A DNA stretch of 64,000 nt. Origin: Candidatus Aminicenantes bacterium (GTDB lineage: Bacteria; Acidobacteriota; Aminicenantia; UBA2199). Below, piece by piece: positions 1 through 10,000 of the stretch. Under the pieces are notes generated by a model. That model ran no database searches. It was not told where the DNA came from and was given only the letters and a program-made list of their open reading frames with translations. The position numbers were made by a program, and so were the translations under genes. The stretch covers positions 1,789-65,788 of the forward strand of contig DAOWCY010000005.1 of the NCBI GenBank assembly GCA_030639305.1, written 5' to 3'. Numbering within the stretch: position 1 is the stretch's first letter; each line of letters starts with the position of its first letter.

Positions 1-2
1 TA

Positions 3-1103
3 ATCGCATTTATCGCCCTCTCTTTTACCCAGTCCGCGGACGATGTGCTGCGGGTAAAAGAATATATCGAGAACAAACTAAGCGAAGTTACCGGTTTGGC
101 AGGGAGAGCAGCCCCCCTGCGTATCCCTTCGATAATAACGAAAATCGAAACCAGGTTGGGTTGGGAAGAGAGGGAAAGAATTCTCGATGCGGCGGACGGT
201 ATAATGGTAGCGCGCGGCGATTTAGGTTTGCAACTGGAGATCGAAGAGGTGCCTAAAATCCAGAAAGAGCTTATCCGCCTGTGCAATAAGCGCGGCAAGC
301 CGGTGATTACCGCCACTGAAATGTTAAAAAGCATGACCGACAGTATCGAACCCACCCGTGCTGAAGGCACCGATGTTTTTAATGCCATATTGGACGGCAG
401 TGATGCGGTAATGACCTCTGATGAGACCGCCGCCGGCAGGTATCCCTTTCATGCTATCGGTAAGATGCGAAAAATAGCGTACCAGGCCGAGCGTTATTTT
501 GAAATGGAAGGAATCGTTAATGAAGACATAAGGAGGGAAGCGCATTTGCAGCGTTATCAAGAATTTCTAAAAGATGACTATGACAGGATCGAAGCAGGTT
601 ACCGGCGGATAAAAGACACGCACGGTTTAATTGTCGATCAAATAGCCGCCTGTAGTGAAGAGTGTGCCGGGCTGGAATGGCGGCGCAAGTTTTACCAGGA
701 TAAATTGCGCATAGCCGGGGAGCAGCCCACTACTAACCGGGTTACGCAGGCCACCTGTACCATGAGCGAGGCGGAAGAAGTAAAATATATAATTGCTGCT
801 TCCACATCGGGGCGCACGGTGCGGATGATATCCCGTCTGCGGCCTCGTTTAATGATAATAGGCGCTGCTCATGACATGGTCAACACCCGGAAATTAACTT
901 TGAGTTATGGAGTGAAGCCCATTTGTACCGGCGTAGTGCCTGATGAGGAAGGAACCGAAGGGTTATTTGAAATATGCCGGAAGCTTATTTTGGCGGACCC
1001 TGGATTAGAGCCGCCCCGGGACAGGGACATGGTTATTTTCACAGCCGGCACACCGCTTGGCAAGCCCGGCACCACCAACCTGATAAAAATGAGAAAGTTA
1101 TAA
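3..1103 (+). CDS. pyk: Pyruvate kinase, 5'-truncated by the window edge. The frame is open from nt 3. A ~90-aa stretch lies between the catalytic and C-terminal domains.
   Basis: Translation shows the PK motifs DFIALSF (from nt 3), GIMVARGDLG, ITATEMLKSM, PTRAEGTDVFNAILDGSDAVMTSDETAAG and a C-terminal alpha/beta domain (IIAASTSGRT). Confidence 0.85.
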   Translation: MAFIALSFTQSADDVLRVKEYIENKLSEVTGLAGRAAPLRIPSIITKIETRLGWEERERILDAADGIMVARGDLGLQLEIEEVPKIQKELIRLCNKRGKPVITATEMLKSMTDSIEPTRAEGTDVFNAILDGSDAVMTSDETAAGRYPFHAIGKMRKIAYQAERYFEMEGIVNEDIRREAHLQRYQEFLKDDYDRIEAGYRRIKDTHGLIVDQIAACSEECAGLEWRRKFYQDKLRIAGEQPTTNRVTQATCTMSEAEEVKYIIAASTSGRTVRMISRLRPRLMIIGAAHDMVNTRKLTLSYGVKPICTGVVPDEEGTEGLFEICRKLILADPGLEPPRDRDMVIFTAGTPLGKPGTTNLIKMRKL

Positions 1104-1105
1104 CC

Positions 1106-1232
1106 TCACTCGCGCGGCAGGGCGAAGCTTTTTGTTTTTCGTTTTTTTAAACAGAAGTTTTGATCAAACTTTTTCAAAAGTTTGGCCCCCGGCAGGGCCC
1201 CCGGCAGGGCCGCCGGAGGCAAAGAATGATGC
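1106..1232. repeat. Copy of a modular GC-rich hairpin repeat family (AAAAGTTTTGATCAAACTTTTTCAAAAGTTTGGCCCCCGGCAGGGCCGCCGGAGGCA module).
   Basis: Near-identical sequence recurs at 3208-3267 and, inverted, at 31790-31845. It contains a palindrome centred on GATC. Confidence 0.5.
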
Positions 1233-1471
1233 CAAAACATACACCCTTTTGAAATTTTAGGCCGAAACATACAACTAAAGTTGTATTTTCTCTTTTTAGC
1301 TTTACAACCAAAAATACAACTTATGATGGATTGACAACTACCCAATTGTAGGATAAAACTAACTATGGTTAACATTTGTTTTTTGACATTAGTATAAGCT
1401 GGTTGTTAACCGGATAATTTAAAATGAGAACGACAAAAAGACAAACAATAAATATGATCAAGGAGGTCAAA

Positions 1472-2920
1472 ATGAAGAAACTTTTTGTTTTATTATTAAT
1501 GGTTAGTTTAGTTATCGTCCTGCCCGCCAAAGTAAAGGTAGGAGAAGAAGTTGTAGAGAAGTTCACCACAGCCCACCCTTACAAGGGCGGTGAGATCCTG
1601 GAACAGATATTTCACTGGCCTGAAGCCGGTTATATTGCCATCCACTTCTCCCAATTCAACCTGGCCAAAGGCGACTATGTAGAAATCGCCAATGCCGAAG
1701 GCACCATTTCCTATACTTATAAGGAAAAAGGTAAATCCGTCAAGGGCGGAACAGAAGCCATCAGTGAATTCTGGGCCACTCATATTCCCGGCGACACTGC
1801 CGTAGTCACCCTGTACAGTAAAAATAAAAATGGCGGCTTCGGATTTGAAGTTGACAAATGGGTACACGGTTATCCGCGGGAACAGATCGAGATCGCCTTC
1901 TTCAAAATGGAGAACGGTTTTGAAGCGGATGCCGGCATCGAAGCCATCTGCGGCACCAATGACAAAGAGTGGGCCCAATGTTATTTAGGCACCGACATGT
2001 ACAACAATGCCAAAGCCGTATGCCGTCTTTTGATGAACGGCAGCAGCGCCTGTACCGGTTGGTTGTTAGGTTCCGAAGGCCACGTTATGACCAACGAACA
2101 CTGTATCGGCAGCCAGAGCACCGCCGACAACACCGATTTCGAATTCATGGCTGAAGCTTCCTGCACCACCAATTGTTCCAGTTGGTTTGCCTGCCCCGGT
2201 ACCGTAGTCGCCGATCACGGCACTGTGGTCCAACTCGACAGCGCCTTAGATTACACCTTAGTGATGCTGCCTACCAACGTCAGCGGCACCTATGGTTACC
2301 TGAAGATGCGTGATACGCTGCCTACCATTAACGAAAGAATCTATATCCCGCAGCATCCCAGCGCCTACGGCAAACAGATCGCCGTATACAGCACCGATTC
2401 CCATGATGAATCGGGTTTCGGTGAAATTTACACCACCAGCGCGACTCCATGTTCCGGCGGCCCCGGCGACATCGGTTACTATGCCGATACCGAAGGCGGC
2501 AGTTCCGGTTCCCCGGTTATCGCTTTTGACGACAACTTAGTCGTAGCCCTGCATCACTGCGCCCTCTGCCCCAACCGCGGTGTTCCCATCCCGGCCATCA
2601 TTGCCGACTTAGGCTCCAACATCCCCGCCGACGCAGTTGAAGGCGGCACTCCCCCGGAGCCAGGTCCCCCGGCAGCACCCAGCAACCTGACCGGCGCCAA
2701 GGATAAATACTCCGTGGCTTTAAGCTGGAGCGACAATTCCAACGACGAAGACGGTTTTAAAGTCTACAAGGACGGCGGTCTGGTAGCCACATTGGGCGCC
2801 AACACGACTTCCTATGAAGTTACCGGTCTGACCCGCAAGGTCACCTACACTTTCCAGGTATGTGCATTTAACGATTTAGGCACTGCTTGCTCCACCACCA
2901 TTTCGGTGAGAACCAGGTAA
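1472..2920 (+). CDS. Secreted trypsin-like (S1) serine protease with a C-terminal fibronectin-III-like domain.
   Basis: RBS AAGGAGG at 1460-1466. Signal peptide MKKLFVLLLMVSLVIVLPA. Catalytic-triad contexts TNEHCIG (His), DYTLVML (Asp) and GGSSGSPVI (Ser). C-terminal FN3-like region (SVALSWSDNS...YTFQVCAFN). Confidence 0.7.
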   Translation: MKKLFVLLLMVSLVIVLPAKVKVGEEVVEKFTTAHPYKGGEILEQIFHWPEAGYIAIHFSQFNLAKGDYVEIANAEGTISYTYKEKGKSVKGGTEAISEFWATHIPGDTAVVTLYSKNKNGGFGFEVDKWVHGYPREQIEIAFFKMENGFEADAGIEAICGTNDKEWAQCYLGTDMYNNAKAVCRLLMNGSSACTGWLLGSEGHVMTNEHCIGSQSTADNTDFEFMAEASCTTNCSSWFACPGTVVADHGTVVQLDSALDYTLVMLPTNVSGTYGYLKMRDTLPTINERIYIPQHPSAYGKQIAVYSTDSHDESGFGEIYTTSATPCSGGPGDIGYYADTEGGSSGSPVIAFDDNLVVALHHCALCPNRGVPIPAIIADLGSNIPADAVEGGTPPEPGPPAAPSNLTGAKDKYSVALSWSDNSNDEDGFKVYKDGGLVATLGANTTSYEVTGLTRKVTYTFQVCAFNDLGTACSTTISVRTR

Positions 2921-2946
2921 ATACCGAAATTATAAGCAAATAAATA

Positions 2947-2979
2947 GGGGGACAGGGTTATCCTGTCCCCTTTTTTTTT
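2947..2979 (+). terminator. Rho-independent terminator downstream of the protease gene.
   Basis: Perfect hairpin GGGGACAGG-GTTAT-CCTGTCCCC followed by a T9 run. Confidence 0.6.
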
Positions 2980-2984
2980 ATCCG

Positions 2985-3267
2985 GGGTGAAGGTGCGGCG
3001 CACCCAGCCTATAAGCTGCTTCGCAGCCCCGTACGCACGGGGAGGCGGTAAGCCGCTTCGCGGCAGGAGCCAACCAGGAACGTTTCTCAAAGCAGAAAAT
3101 CGTATCGCTCATAAAAAGTTTTGCCCCGTACGCACGGGGAGGCGATAAGCCGCTTCGCGGCAGGAGCCTATAAGGGGCTTTCGAGTAACAGGAAAGCGTA
3201 TCGCTCATTAAAAGTTTTGATCAAACTTTTTCAAAAGTTTGGCTCCCGGCAGGGCCGCCGGAGGCAT
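2985..3267. repeat. Array of REP/RPE-like repeat modules. It holds two copies of [hairpin]GAGGCGNTAAGCCGCTTCGCGGCAGGAGCC, two copies of CGTATCGCTCATWAAAAG, and the GATC-palindrome module.
   Basis: Direct comparison of 3029-3076 with 3123-3171, of 3095-3120 with 3188-3212, and of 3208-3267 with 1151-1222. The hairpins CCCCGTACGCACGGGG are self-complementary. Confidence 0.55.
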
Positions 3268-3362
3268 AAATATGGTATAATATAGGATAAGATTAATTAC
3301 CGGCAGCCGGTTTGTCGCAGGGAAATATCCTGTAAACCGCGCTGCTGAAAGGAAAACGATTC

Positions 3363-4460
3363 ATGTTGAAGTGGATATACGATCTATCCTATGAAGAATT
3401 AGAAAAAGATATTGCTCACCTGTACCTGCCGCGATTTGTTGCCGACCAGGTCTGCCGGTGGCTCTATGAAAAAAATATAAACGATATAGCCTGCTGGTCC
3501 AATATCAGCAAAAAAAATAGGGAAACTTTATCGCAAACCTATGATATCCGGTTGAACAAAGTTTTAGAAGTCCAGGCAGATAGGGAAGGAAACCGGAAAT
3601 ATCTAATCGAACTAAAAGACAAATACAAAATCGAAGCAGTCCTTATCAAAGAGAAAAAACATTTCACCATGTGTATCTCTACCCAGGTGGGCTGCGCCTT
3701 AAAATGTAAATTCTGCGCCACCGGGCGGATGGGTTTTAAAAGAAACTTAAGCAGCGGCGAGATTTTGTCCCAGGCGCTGCTGTTGAAAAAAGACGCCGCC
3801 GAAAATAGCGCACCGGGGCAAAAAGAGAAAATAAATATCGTGTTTATGGGCATGGGCGAACCGCTGCTCAATTATGAGAACTTGAGCCGGGCGCTGCAGC
3901 TCATTACTTCGGAAAAAGGGATCGGCATTTCGCCGCGTAATATCACGGTCTCTACAGCGGGGATATTGGATGGAATTAAACGACTGGAAAAAGATTTCCC
4001 CCGCTTGAAGCTCAGTTTCTCTTTGAATGCCCCGGCGGCAGCGCTGCGTGAAGAGTTGATGCCCATTTCCAAAAAAGAGAAACTCGATGACATCCTGGCT
4101 TATTTTAGACACACTCCCAGGAAACACCGGGTTACTTTCGAATATGTACTGATAAAGGGCGTTAACGATTCCTTACAAGACGCCGAAAAAACCGCCGCCC
4201 TGCTGCGCGGCATCCCCTGCAAAATCAACCTAATCCCTTATAACCCGGGAGGAAGCGGCGTAAATTTAGAATCAAAGGTGCTCCTTGCCGCGAAGCGGCT
4301 TAACGCCCCCCCACGCGAGTGGGGTTTCGAAACCCCGGCGGAGCCGGAAGTGGAAGCTTTTTGCGAATACTTGCATTCCCGCGGTTATACTGTTATAATT
4401 AGATGGTCGAAAGGTAGGGAGATAAAATCCGCCTGCGGCCAGTTGGCAACGGAAATATGA
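3363..4460 (+). CDS. rlmN: Dual-specificity RNA methyltransferase RlmN (radical SAM; 23S rRNA m2A2503 / tRNA m2A37).
   Basis: CxxxCxxC radical-SAM motif GCALKCKFCATG, MGMGEPLLN, NLIPYNP and the C-terminal SACGQLA motif. It carries an extra ~20-aa segment near the C-terminus encoded by a repeat element. Confidence 0.85.
   Translation: MLKWIYDLSYEELEKDIAHLYLPRFVADQVCRWLYEKNINDIACWSNISKKNRETLSQTYDIRLNKVLEVQADREGNRKYLIELKDKYKIEAVLIKEKKHFTMCISTQVGCALKCKFCATGRMGFKRNLSSGEILSQALLLKKDAAENSAPGQKEKINIVFMGMGEPLLNYENLSRALQLITSEKGIGISPRNITVSTAGILDGIKRLEKDFPRLKLSFSLNAPAAALREELMPISKKEKLDDILAYFRHTPRKHRVTFEYVLIKGVNDSLQDAEKTAALLRGIPCKINLIPYNPGGSGVNLESKVLLAAKRLNAPPREWGFETPAEPEVEAFCEYLHSRGYTVIIRWSKGREIKSACGQLATEI
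4282..4345. repeat. Inverted copy of the GC-hairpin repeat module inserted in frame inside rlmN.
   Basis: GCCGCGAAGCGGCTTAACGCCCCCCCACGCGAGTGGGG is the reverse complement of the module at 31752-31796 and 3029-3076. It encodes the segment AAKRLNAPPREWGFETPAEP between the conserved NLIPYNP and YTVIIR segments of RlmN. Confidence 0.5.
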
Positions 4461-6817
4461 TGAAAAACAATAAAACCCACCAGGACGAAGAAGAAGTTCG
4501 CCCAGTTAAAAAAAAGGGGGCGGCGCCCCCAGCCGATAAAGGTGATATGAGCACCTCCCGTACAAAAAAGGGGACAGCCTCCCCAGCCGGTAAAGGTGAG
4601 CGGGACAGTTCCCGTAAAAGAAAGAAGCCCCCCGCACGCGTTACAAAAAAGAAAACACCCGCACACCCTAAGAAAAAAAAAGATTACCGGGAAAATGAAG
4701 AAGTTCGTTTTTTTAAAGAGCATATCCAGGGCATCAATAAGAAAAGCTTTCAATTAGATGATTTCCAGGAGAAAGCCATAGTGGGCGTGAGCAGTGACCG
4801 TTCGGTTTTAATCGCGGCTCCCACCGGCGCGGGGAAGACCTTAGTGGCCGAATACCTGATTACTAAATGCTTGCGGGAAGGAAAAGGCGTTATCTACACC
4901 GCCCCTATAAAAGCGCTCTCCAACCAGAAATACCGCGAATTCGAAACCCTCTTCCCCGGCAAAGTGGGCATCATCACCGGGGATGTGAATATTAATCCTT
5001 TTGCCCCGCTGATTATTATGACAACCGAGATATTTCGCAACCGCATCCTGGAAAATCCTGCCGGGCTGTCCGGCCACTCCTGGATTATCTTCGATGAAAT
5101 CCACTATATCGACAATCACGAGCGCGGCACAGTTTGGGAAGAGTCGTTGATTTTTCTTCCCCCGCACATGCGTTTTGTCGGGCTGTCGGCCACCATACCC
5201 AATGTCAGGCAGTTCGCTTCCTGGCTAAGGGAAATACACGTCCATCCCATCCAGGTCATAAAAGAAGATGAACGCCCCGTACCGCTGCATTTTTTATTTC
5301 AATGCAAAGGGCGGATTTGCGATTCCCTGAAAACAGTGGAAACGGAAGGCTACAGCCTGAAACACCGGAGGCCGCGAGGAAGCAATACTCCTTTAGCGCT
5401 CATTCAACATTTAGTCAGGACAGACCGCATCCCCTGCATCTATTTTACTTTCAGTCGTAAACGATGCGAGTACCTGGCCCAGGACGTTAAGGATATCGAT
5501 TTCCTCAGCGCAGAAGAGAGCCTGGAGATATTGGCCATTTATGATGATTACTGCCGCCGCTACGACCTGTTAAGCGAGGAACGGGCAGCATCGCTCAGGT
5601 CTTTAGTGGGTAAGGGCATCGCCTACCATCATGCCGGGATACATCCCATGTTGAAAGAGATATTGGAGCGGTTGTTTACCGCCAAACTGGTAAAAATAAT
5701 TTTTGCTACCGAAACCTTTGCTTTAGGGGTGAACATGCCCGCCCGGACGGTAGTATTGGACGACTTAAGAAAAAGTTACGGTAAATTTTTTATGACCTTA
5801 AAAGTGCGTGATTTTTACCAGATGGCAGGCCGGTCGGGCCGGCGCGGCATCGACAGCGAAGGTTTTGTGTACAGCCGGATAGACCCGGGCACCGTGGCTT
5901 TCCGGGAAATCAAAACCATTGTCAAATCCTCTCCCGAAATCATCAAGAGCCGCTTTAATGTATCTTATGCCACCATATTGAATCTTTATGAAAGCCACGG
6001 CGAAGAGCTGTTGGAAATCCACACCCGTTCGTTTTTTTATTTCCAGGAGAAATTTCATACCCGTACAAGGCAGTTGGAGCAGATGAAAGCCAGGTTGGAT
6101 ATACTCAAACAGTTGGGTTACATCCATGACGGCAGCCTGACCGAGAAAGGCCATTTCGCCCGCAAAATGCACGGCAATGAACTGCCTATTTCGGAACTTT
6201 TCGGTTATGGAGCGTTGGAAGACATGACTGTCAAGCAGTTGGGGATATTGTGTTTGGCCGCGGTTTTCGAGCCTCGCGGCGGGGCGGTCAGGAAGAAATT
6301 CAAGGACGAAGATGTCAGGCAGTTACAGCGTATGACCACCGCCGCTGTTCGCGGCATTCACAGGTTTGAGAAGAAGAAGCGGTTAAGTTATTTGAGTAAG
6401 AAGTTTTTTTTCGATTTATCCGGCTCGATAATGCACTGGATGAAGCAGGCTAATTTTAATCAAATTTTGCAGGAATTGCAGACCGACGAAGGGGAAGTGA
6501 TACGTTATTATCGTATGAGCATCCAGATTTTGCGGGAGATGTTGGAGACCCCCGTTTCCGAAAGTTTAAAGAAGAAGGTCCACCAGGCGATTGCGTTGAT
6601 CGACCGCGGTGTGATAGACGCCGAGGAGCAGTTACGCAAGACCGTGGAGTACGACGAGGAACTGGAAGCGGATTCGGAGTTGGGCGGCGACCGTGAGGAA
6701 GACGACCTTGAAGAAGGCGCTCTCGATGACGACCGGGAGTTTGAGATTGACCGGGAAGAGGGTGGCAGTGAGGAAGACGACCTGGAAGAGGACGTTCTCG
6801 AAGACCACCGGGAATAG
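4457..6817 (+). CDS. Ski2/HelY-like DExH-box helicase with a basic low-complexity N-terminal tail and an acidic repetitive C-terminal tail.
   Basis: Walker A APTGAGKTLVAEY, DEIH box (IFDEIHYI), SAT (SATIPN), HHAGI...ATETFALGVNMPARTVVL and the MAGRSGRRG arginine finger. Its ATG overlaps the rlmN stop (ATGA). Confidence 0.8.
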   Translation: MMKNNKTHQDEEEVRPVKKKGAAPPADKGDMSTSRTKKGTASPAGKGERDSSRKRKKPPARVTKKKTPAHPKKKKDYRENEEVRFFKEHIQGINKKSFQLDDFQEKAIVGVSSDRSVLIAAPTGAGKTLVAEYLITKCLREGKGVIYTAPIKALSNQKYREFETLFPGKVGIITGDVNINPFAPLIIMTTEIFRNRILENPAGLSGHSWIIFDEIHYIDNHERGTVWEESLIFLPPHMRFVGLSATIPNVRQFASWLREIHVHPIQVIKEDERPVPLHFLFQCKGRICDSLKTVETEGYSLKHRRPRGSNTPLALIQHLVRTDRIPCIYFTFSRKRCEYLAQDVKDIDFLSAEESLEILAIYDDYCRRYDLLSEERAASLRSLVGKGIAYHHAGIHPMLKEILERLFTAKLVKIIFATETFALGVNMPARTVVLDDLRKSYGKFFMTLKVRDFYQMAGRSGRRGIDSEGFVYSRIDPGTVAFREIKTIVKSSPEIIKSRFNVSYATILNLYESHGEELLEIHTRSFFYFQEKFHTRTRQLEQMKARLDILKQLGYIHDGSLTEKGHFARKMHGNELPISELFGYGALEDMTVKQLGILCLAAVFEPRGGAVRKKFKDEDVRQLQRMTTAAVRGIHRFEKKKRLSYLSKKFFFDLSGSIMHWMKQANFNQILQELQTDEGEVIRYYRMSIQILREMLETPVSESLKKKVHQAIALIDRGVIDAEEQLRKTVEYDEELEADSELGGDREEDDLEEGALDDDREFEIDREEGGSEEDDLEEDVLEDHRE
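4509..4619 (+). repeat. Imperfect tandem duplication (~54 nt x 2) encoding K/R/P-rich repeats at the helicase N-terminus.
   Basis: AAAAAAAAGGGGGCGGCGCCCCCAGCCGATAAAGGTGA... compared with AAAAAAGGGGACAGCCTCCCCAGCCGGTAAAGGTGA... Confidence 0.5.
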
Positions 6818-6823
6818 ATAAAA

Positions 6824-6866
6824 TCCCAAATTACAATTCCCAAATTACAATTCCAAAATCACAAAC
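6824..6866. repeat. Short direct repeat CCCAAATTACAATTC x2 plus a degenerate third unit, just 3' of the helicase stop.
   Basis: Seen directly: ...TCCCAAATTACAATTCCCAAATTACAATTCCAAAATCACAAAC. Confidence 0.4.
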
Positions 6867-7044
6867 AGGAAAGAAGGTGTATCCCGGCGGTGAGGCGTGA
6901 AATATTTTTCGTCATAGGGGCAGTATATGTCGTCACGACAAATACCTTTTTCATAACGGCAATAACTTAATCCATTACGGAAATCTTTTTACACTTGCAT
7001 TTTTTTTCTTAGTGTGGTTTAATTAAATCCTTAAGAGGTGGCTC

Positions 7045-7071
7045 TTGACTAAAGATGAAGCAAGATATTTA
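7045..7071 (+). promoter_or_regulatory. Candidate sigma70-like promoter for the giant gene (-35 TTGACT, -10 TATTTA).
   Basis: TTGACT at 7045-7050, a ~15-nt spacer, then TATTTA, about 20 nt upstream of the ATG at 7091. Weak; by eye only. Confidence 0.2.
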
Positions 7072-7090
7072 AATAGGATGTGAAGTAACG

Positions 7091-10000
7091 ATGCAGGAAA
7101 AGATCGATTTAAAAGATTTAGCGAAAAGGATAGACGAGAAACGGTTCTTCATCACTGAAATCATAAATTTCAAGGATCATTTCGAAGACTCTATCATTTT
7201 TGTATACCCGCTGGTGTTCCCGGATCCTGCCGGGGAAAACCTGGGAAACCGGGTCAGGTTCATTGCTATTCTCGATAGCTTTAAACTTTGCCTTTTTGAT
7301 TTATTAATCGATGGCGAAAAAATCGGGTTAAACGCACAAAAATCCATTGATTTGAGAAATTTTTTGAATAGAGATATATTAAAGGTAAAAATAACCGGTT
7401 TCCTGGGGCTGCGGGTGGAATTCCAGGGGATGGCGCGGATTCCTTATGTTTACTTAGACCTGGAATATTATTCCGCCGGGGAAGATAAAAAAGATATTAA
7501 AAGTGAAGGCGATTTCTCAAATGCCACCGTCAATTTCTCCCTCAGCCATATCGAGCCTTTTGATGAAGCTGATGATGTTGGACAGGATACAGACAAATTT
7601 AAGCTCCCATTTAGCCATTTTCACGACAAACAGGTCAAAAACATCAATATCGGGGAATTTCCGGATCATATTAAAAGTATTTATATAAGGGAGGGGCGAT
7701 CCGACAATACACTGGTACTGCAAAGCTGGAATCCCAACAAAGCGGATGAAGAAATTTTACCGGAAAAGATAAAGGATTACCATGTACTGGCCCTGTATTC
7801 GGATAAAGACTATATCTATGCCAGCAGCGAAAATGAGAGGATATATAAATTGAACTACTCCGGGGGCATAGTAAGGGATTTTCACCCCCGGGATTATGCC
7901 TTTGCCTTGAGCCTGATAAAAACCGGCGACTATCTCTATGCAGCCATGTCCGACCGTACCATATGCAGGATCGATATAAAAAAGAGTGATGGGGAAATCC
8001 TTTTTAAGACATTGGTGTCCTATCCTAAATTTCTCGTTCCCCTGGGCAAAGATAAATTGATGGTCACCACCGATAAAAAAGAACTAATTATCTTCAAAAC
8101 TCACGGTGAAGTGGAGACAAACGAACAGGTGGTTTTTGAAAATATAAGAATCGCCCTGGAAAAGGAAAAGGGAGATGTTCGAGCTATATGTGAGTATATC
8201 ATAAAAGAAGCCCCCATCGAGACAGAAGAGGAAATCCCAGCCTTAGAGTTTGCCGCTTATACATGGTCGGCATATTATCCCAAGGATTTATTTACTCCTC
8301 TTAAAAAATTAATCTATGTTATCAACCGGGAGTTTAGAAAAAGCACAGGTAAGGGAGATATTATCAGCCAATATATCAGGTGGCACCAGGAGATCATATT
8401 TAAAAACATAAAAGACTATTCGATATTATTGAAGGAATACTATCTGACCACCCGGGACAGCTATAGGCGAAAATTGCTGCTGCTGAGTGAAAATTTCACA
8501 GAAGTAAAAAACGAACTGCACTTTTTTTCCTGGAACGGCAGCGGCAGCGAACGGGAACATAAACTGAATCTCTTCGGTTTGTACGCTTGTTACAAAGGTG
8601 GGTTGTTTATCGAGTATGTAAAAACTCTTGAGAAAATCGGCGGGAAGGCAAAAAGTGCAGAAGTGGAAGGGGCGCTTTCCTGCTTAAAAATTACCGATCC
8701 AGGGGATGACCTGCAGCAGATTGCTGTGGTAGAGTCGCGGGACAGGGACCTCTATTTACTGGAAAAAGAGTATTTCGAAGGTAATGCCTCACCGCACCGT
8801 TTTGTTTTCTTAGATAAAATTTACCAGGTTAGAAAAATCGAAATTGTCGGTAAAAGCAGTGGCAAAAGATACCTCTTTTGCATTGATGGCAGTAGCGACT
8901 TCAAGGTTTTCGACTTAATCGATAAAGAAAAACAAGAGCCATATAAAAGAGAATTCGACGACTTCATTTGTGATTTCGAGGTCTATCCTGTTCCATTTGA
9001 AAATAAAAATTATGAATTAATTGTTTTGGGATTTAGAAATTCCGGTTTCGGTATTTATCTTTTCGATTTCGAGCAGCCGGGAAAACTGGCTTTACTGCAC
9101 AGCGAGCATTTACAAAACGATTGGATCCGGGACCTGGAGATTTTCCATAAACAGGGTTTCGATTTCAAACTGGCGGCTGTGGGTTACAAGCGAAAAAAAC
9201 TTTACCAGTTCGATCTGCGACTGTCTCCTATAAAAGAGGAAAAAGATTTCGCCGTCGAATTAGAAAAAAACGGGGAAAGAAGAAGCCCCCGGCCTTTACT
9301 TTGTGTCAAATACCATACCACAAAGGAAGGCAACATCTTTCTTGCTGCCGGCTGCGACCAGGGCAGTTTGATTTTTTTAGATGATCGCTTAAATATCAAA
9401 TGGTGCCAGGAATTGGGTGATGGTGTAAGGCATATAAAGGAGTTCGTCTGTGAAGATGGCGAAAAAGAGTTGGTAGTAGAGCTTGGCAATGGCGACATAT
9501 ATTTCTTTTCGGAACACGGCAACATTAGGCGTGAGATAAAATTTGGTAAACCTCTTTTTGCTGTTGACACAGCATTATTGGATAAAGAAAAAGGTAAGGG
9601 ACATTTAATTGCTGGGATTGAGAATGATTTAATAATTTACGAGGATAACAGGCAGGAGATAGTAGAAACAAAGAATCGTTTAAGGAAGAGCGAGCCCGCG
9701 GCACGTATCGAAGAGGAGATTCTTGAAATTTGCGATGAAGTGATAAAGGAGTATGAAGACACGGCAAGCCCGGTTCTAAATGCCGCCGAATCGCTGCAGT
9801 ACTATTATCAACTGCCATCCTTCGACTACCTGATTGAGATGTTTCACAAGAATCCCGAATATTTGTCTGACTATTACCGAAAAGATAAAGCAATGTTCCG
9901 GCAACTGCTCGGTATTAAAATTGAAGAGCAAATATCCGCCGGTTTTGGAGATTTAGAAAAAATTCTACTCCAGATGGTGAAGAATTTCCCCGAAGATCAA

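Noticed and set aside
1106-1375. Minus-strand ORF of 89 aa (and similar ORFs 31738-32061 +, 2845-3208 -) lying within the repeat elements.
   Set aside because: They are composed entirely of translated REP-like repeat sequence. The amino-acid sequence is low-complexity with no RBS. They are judged spurious.
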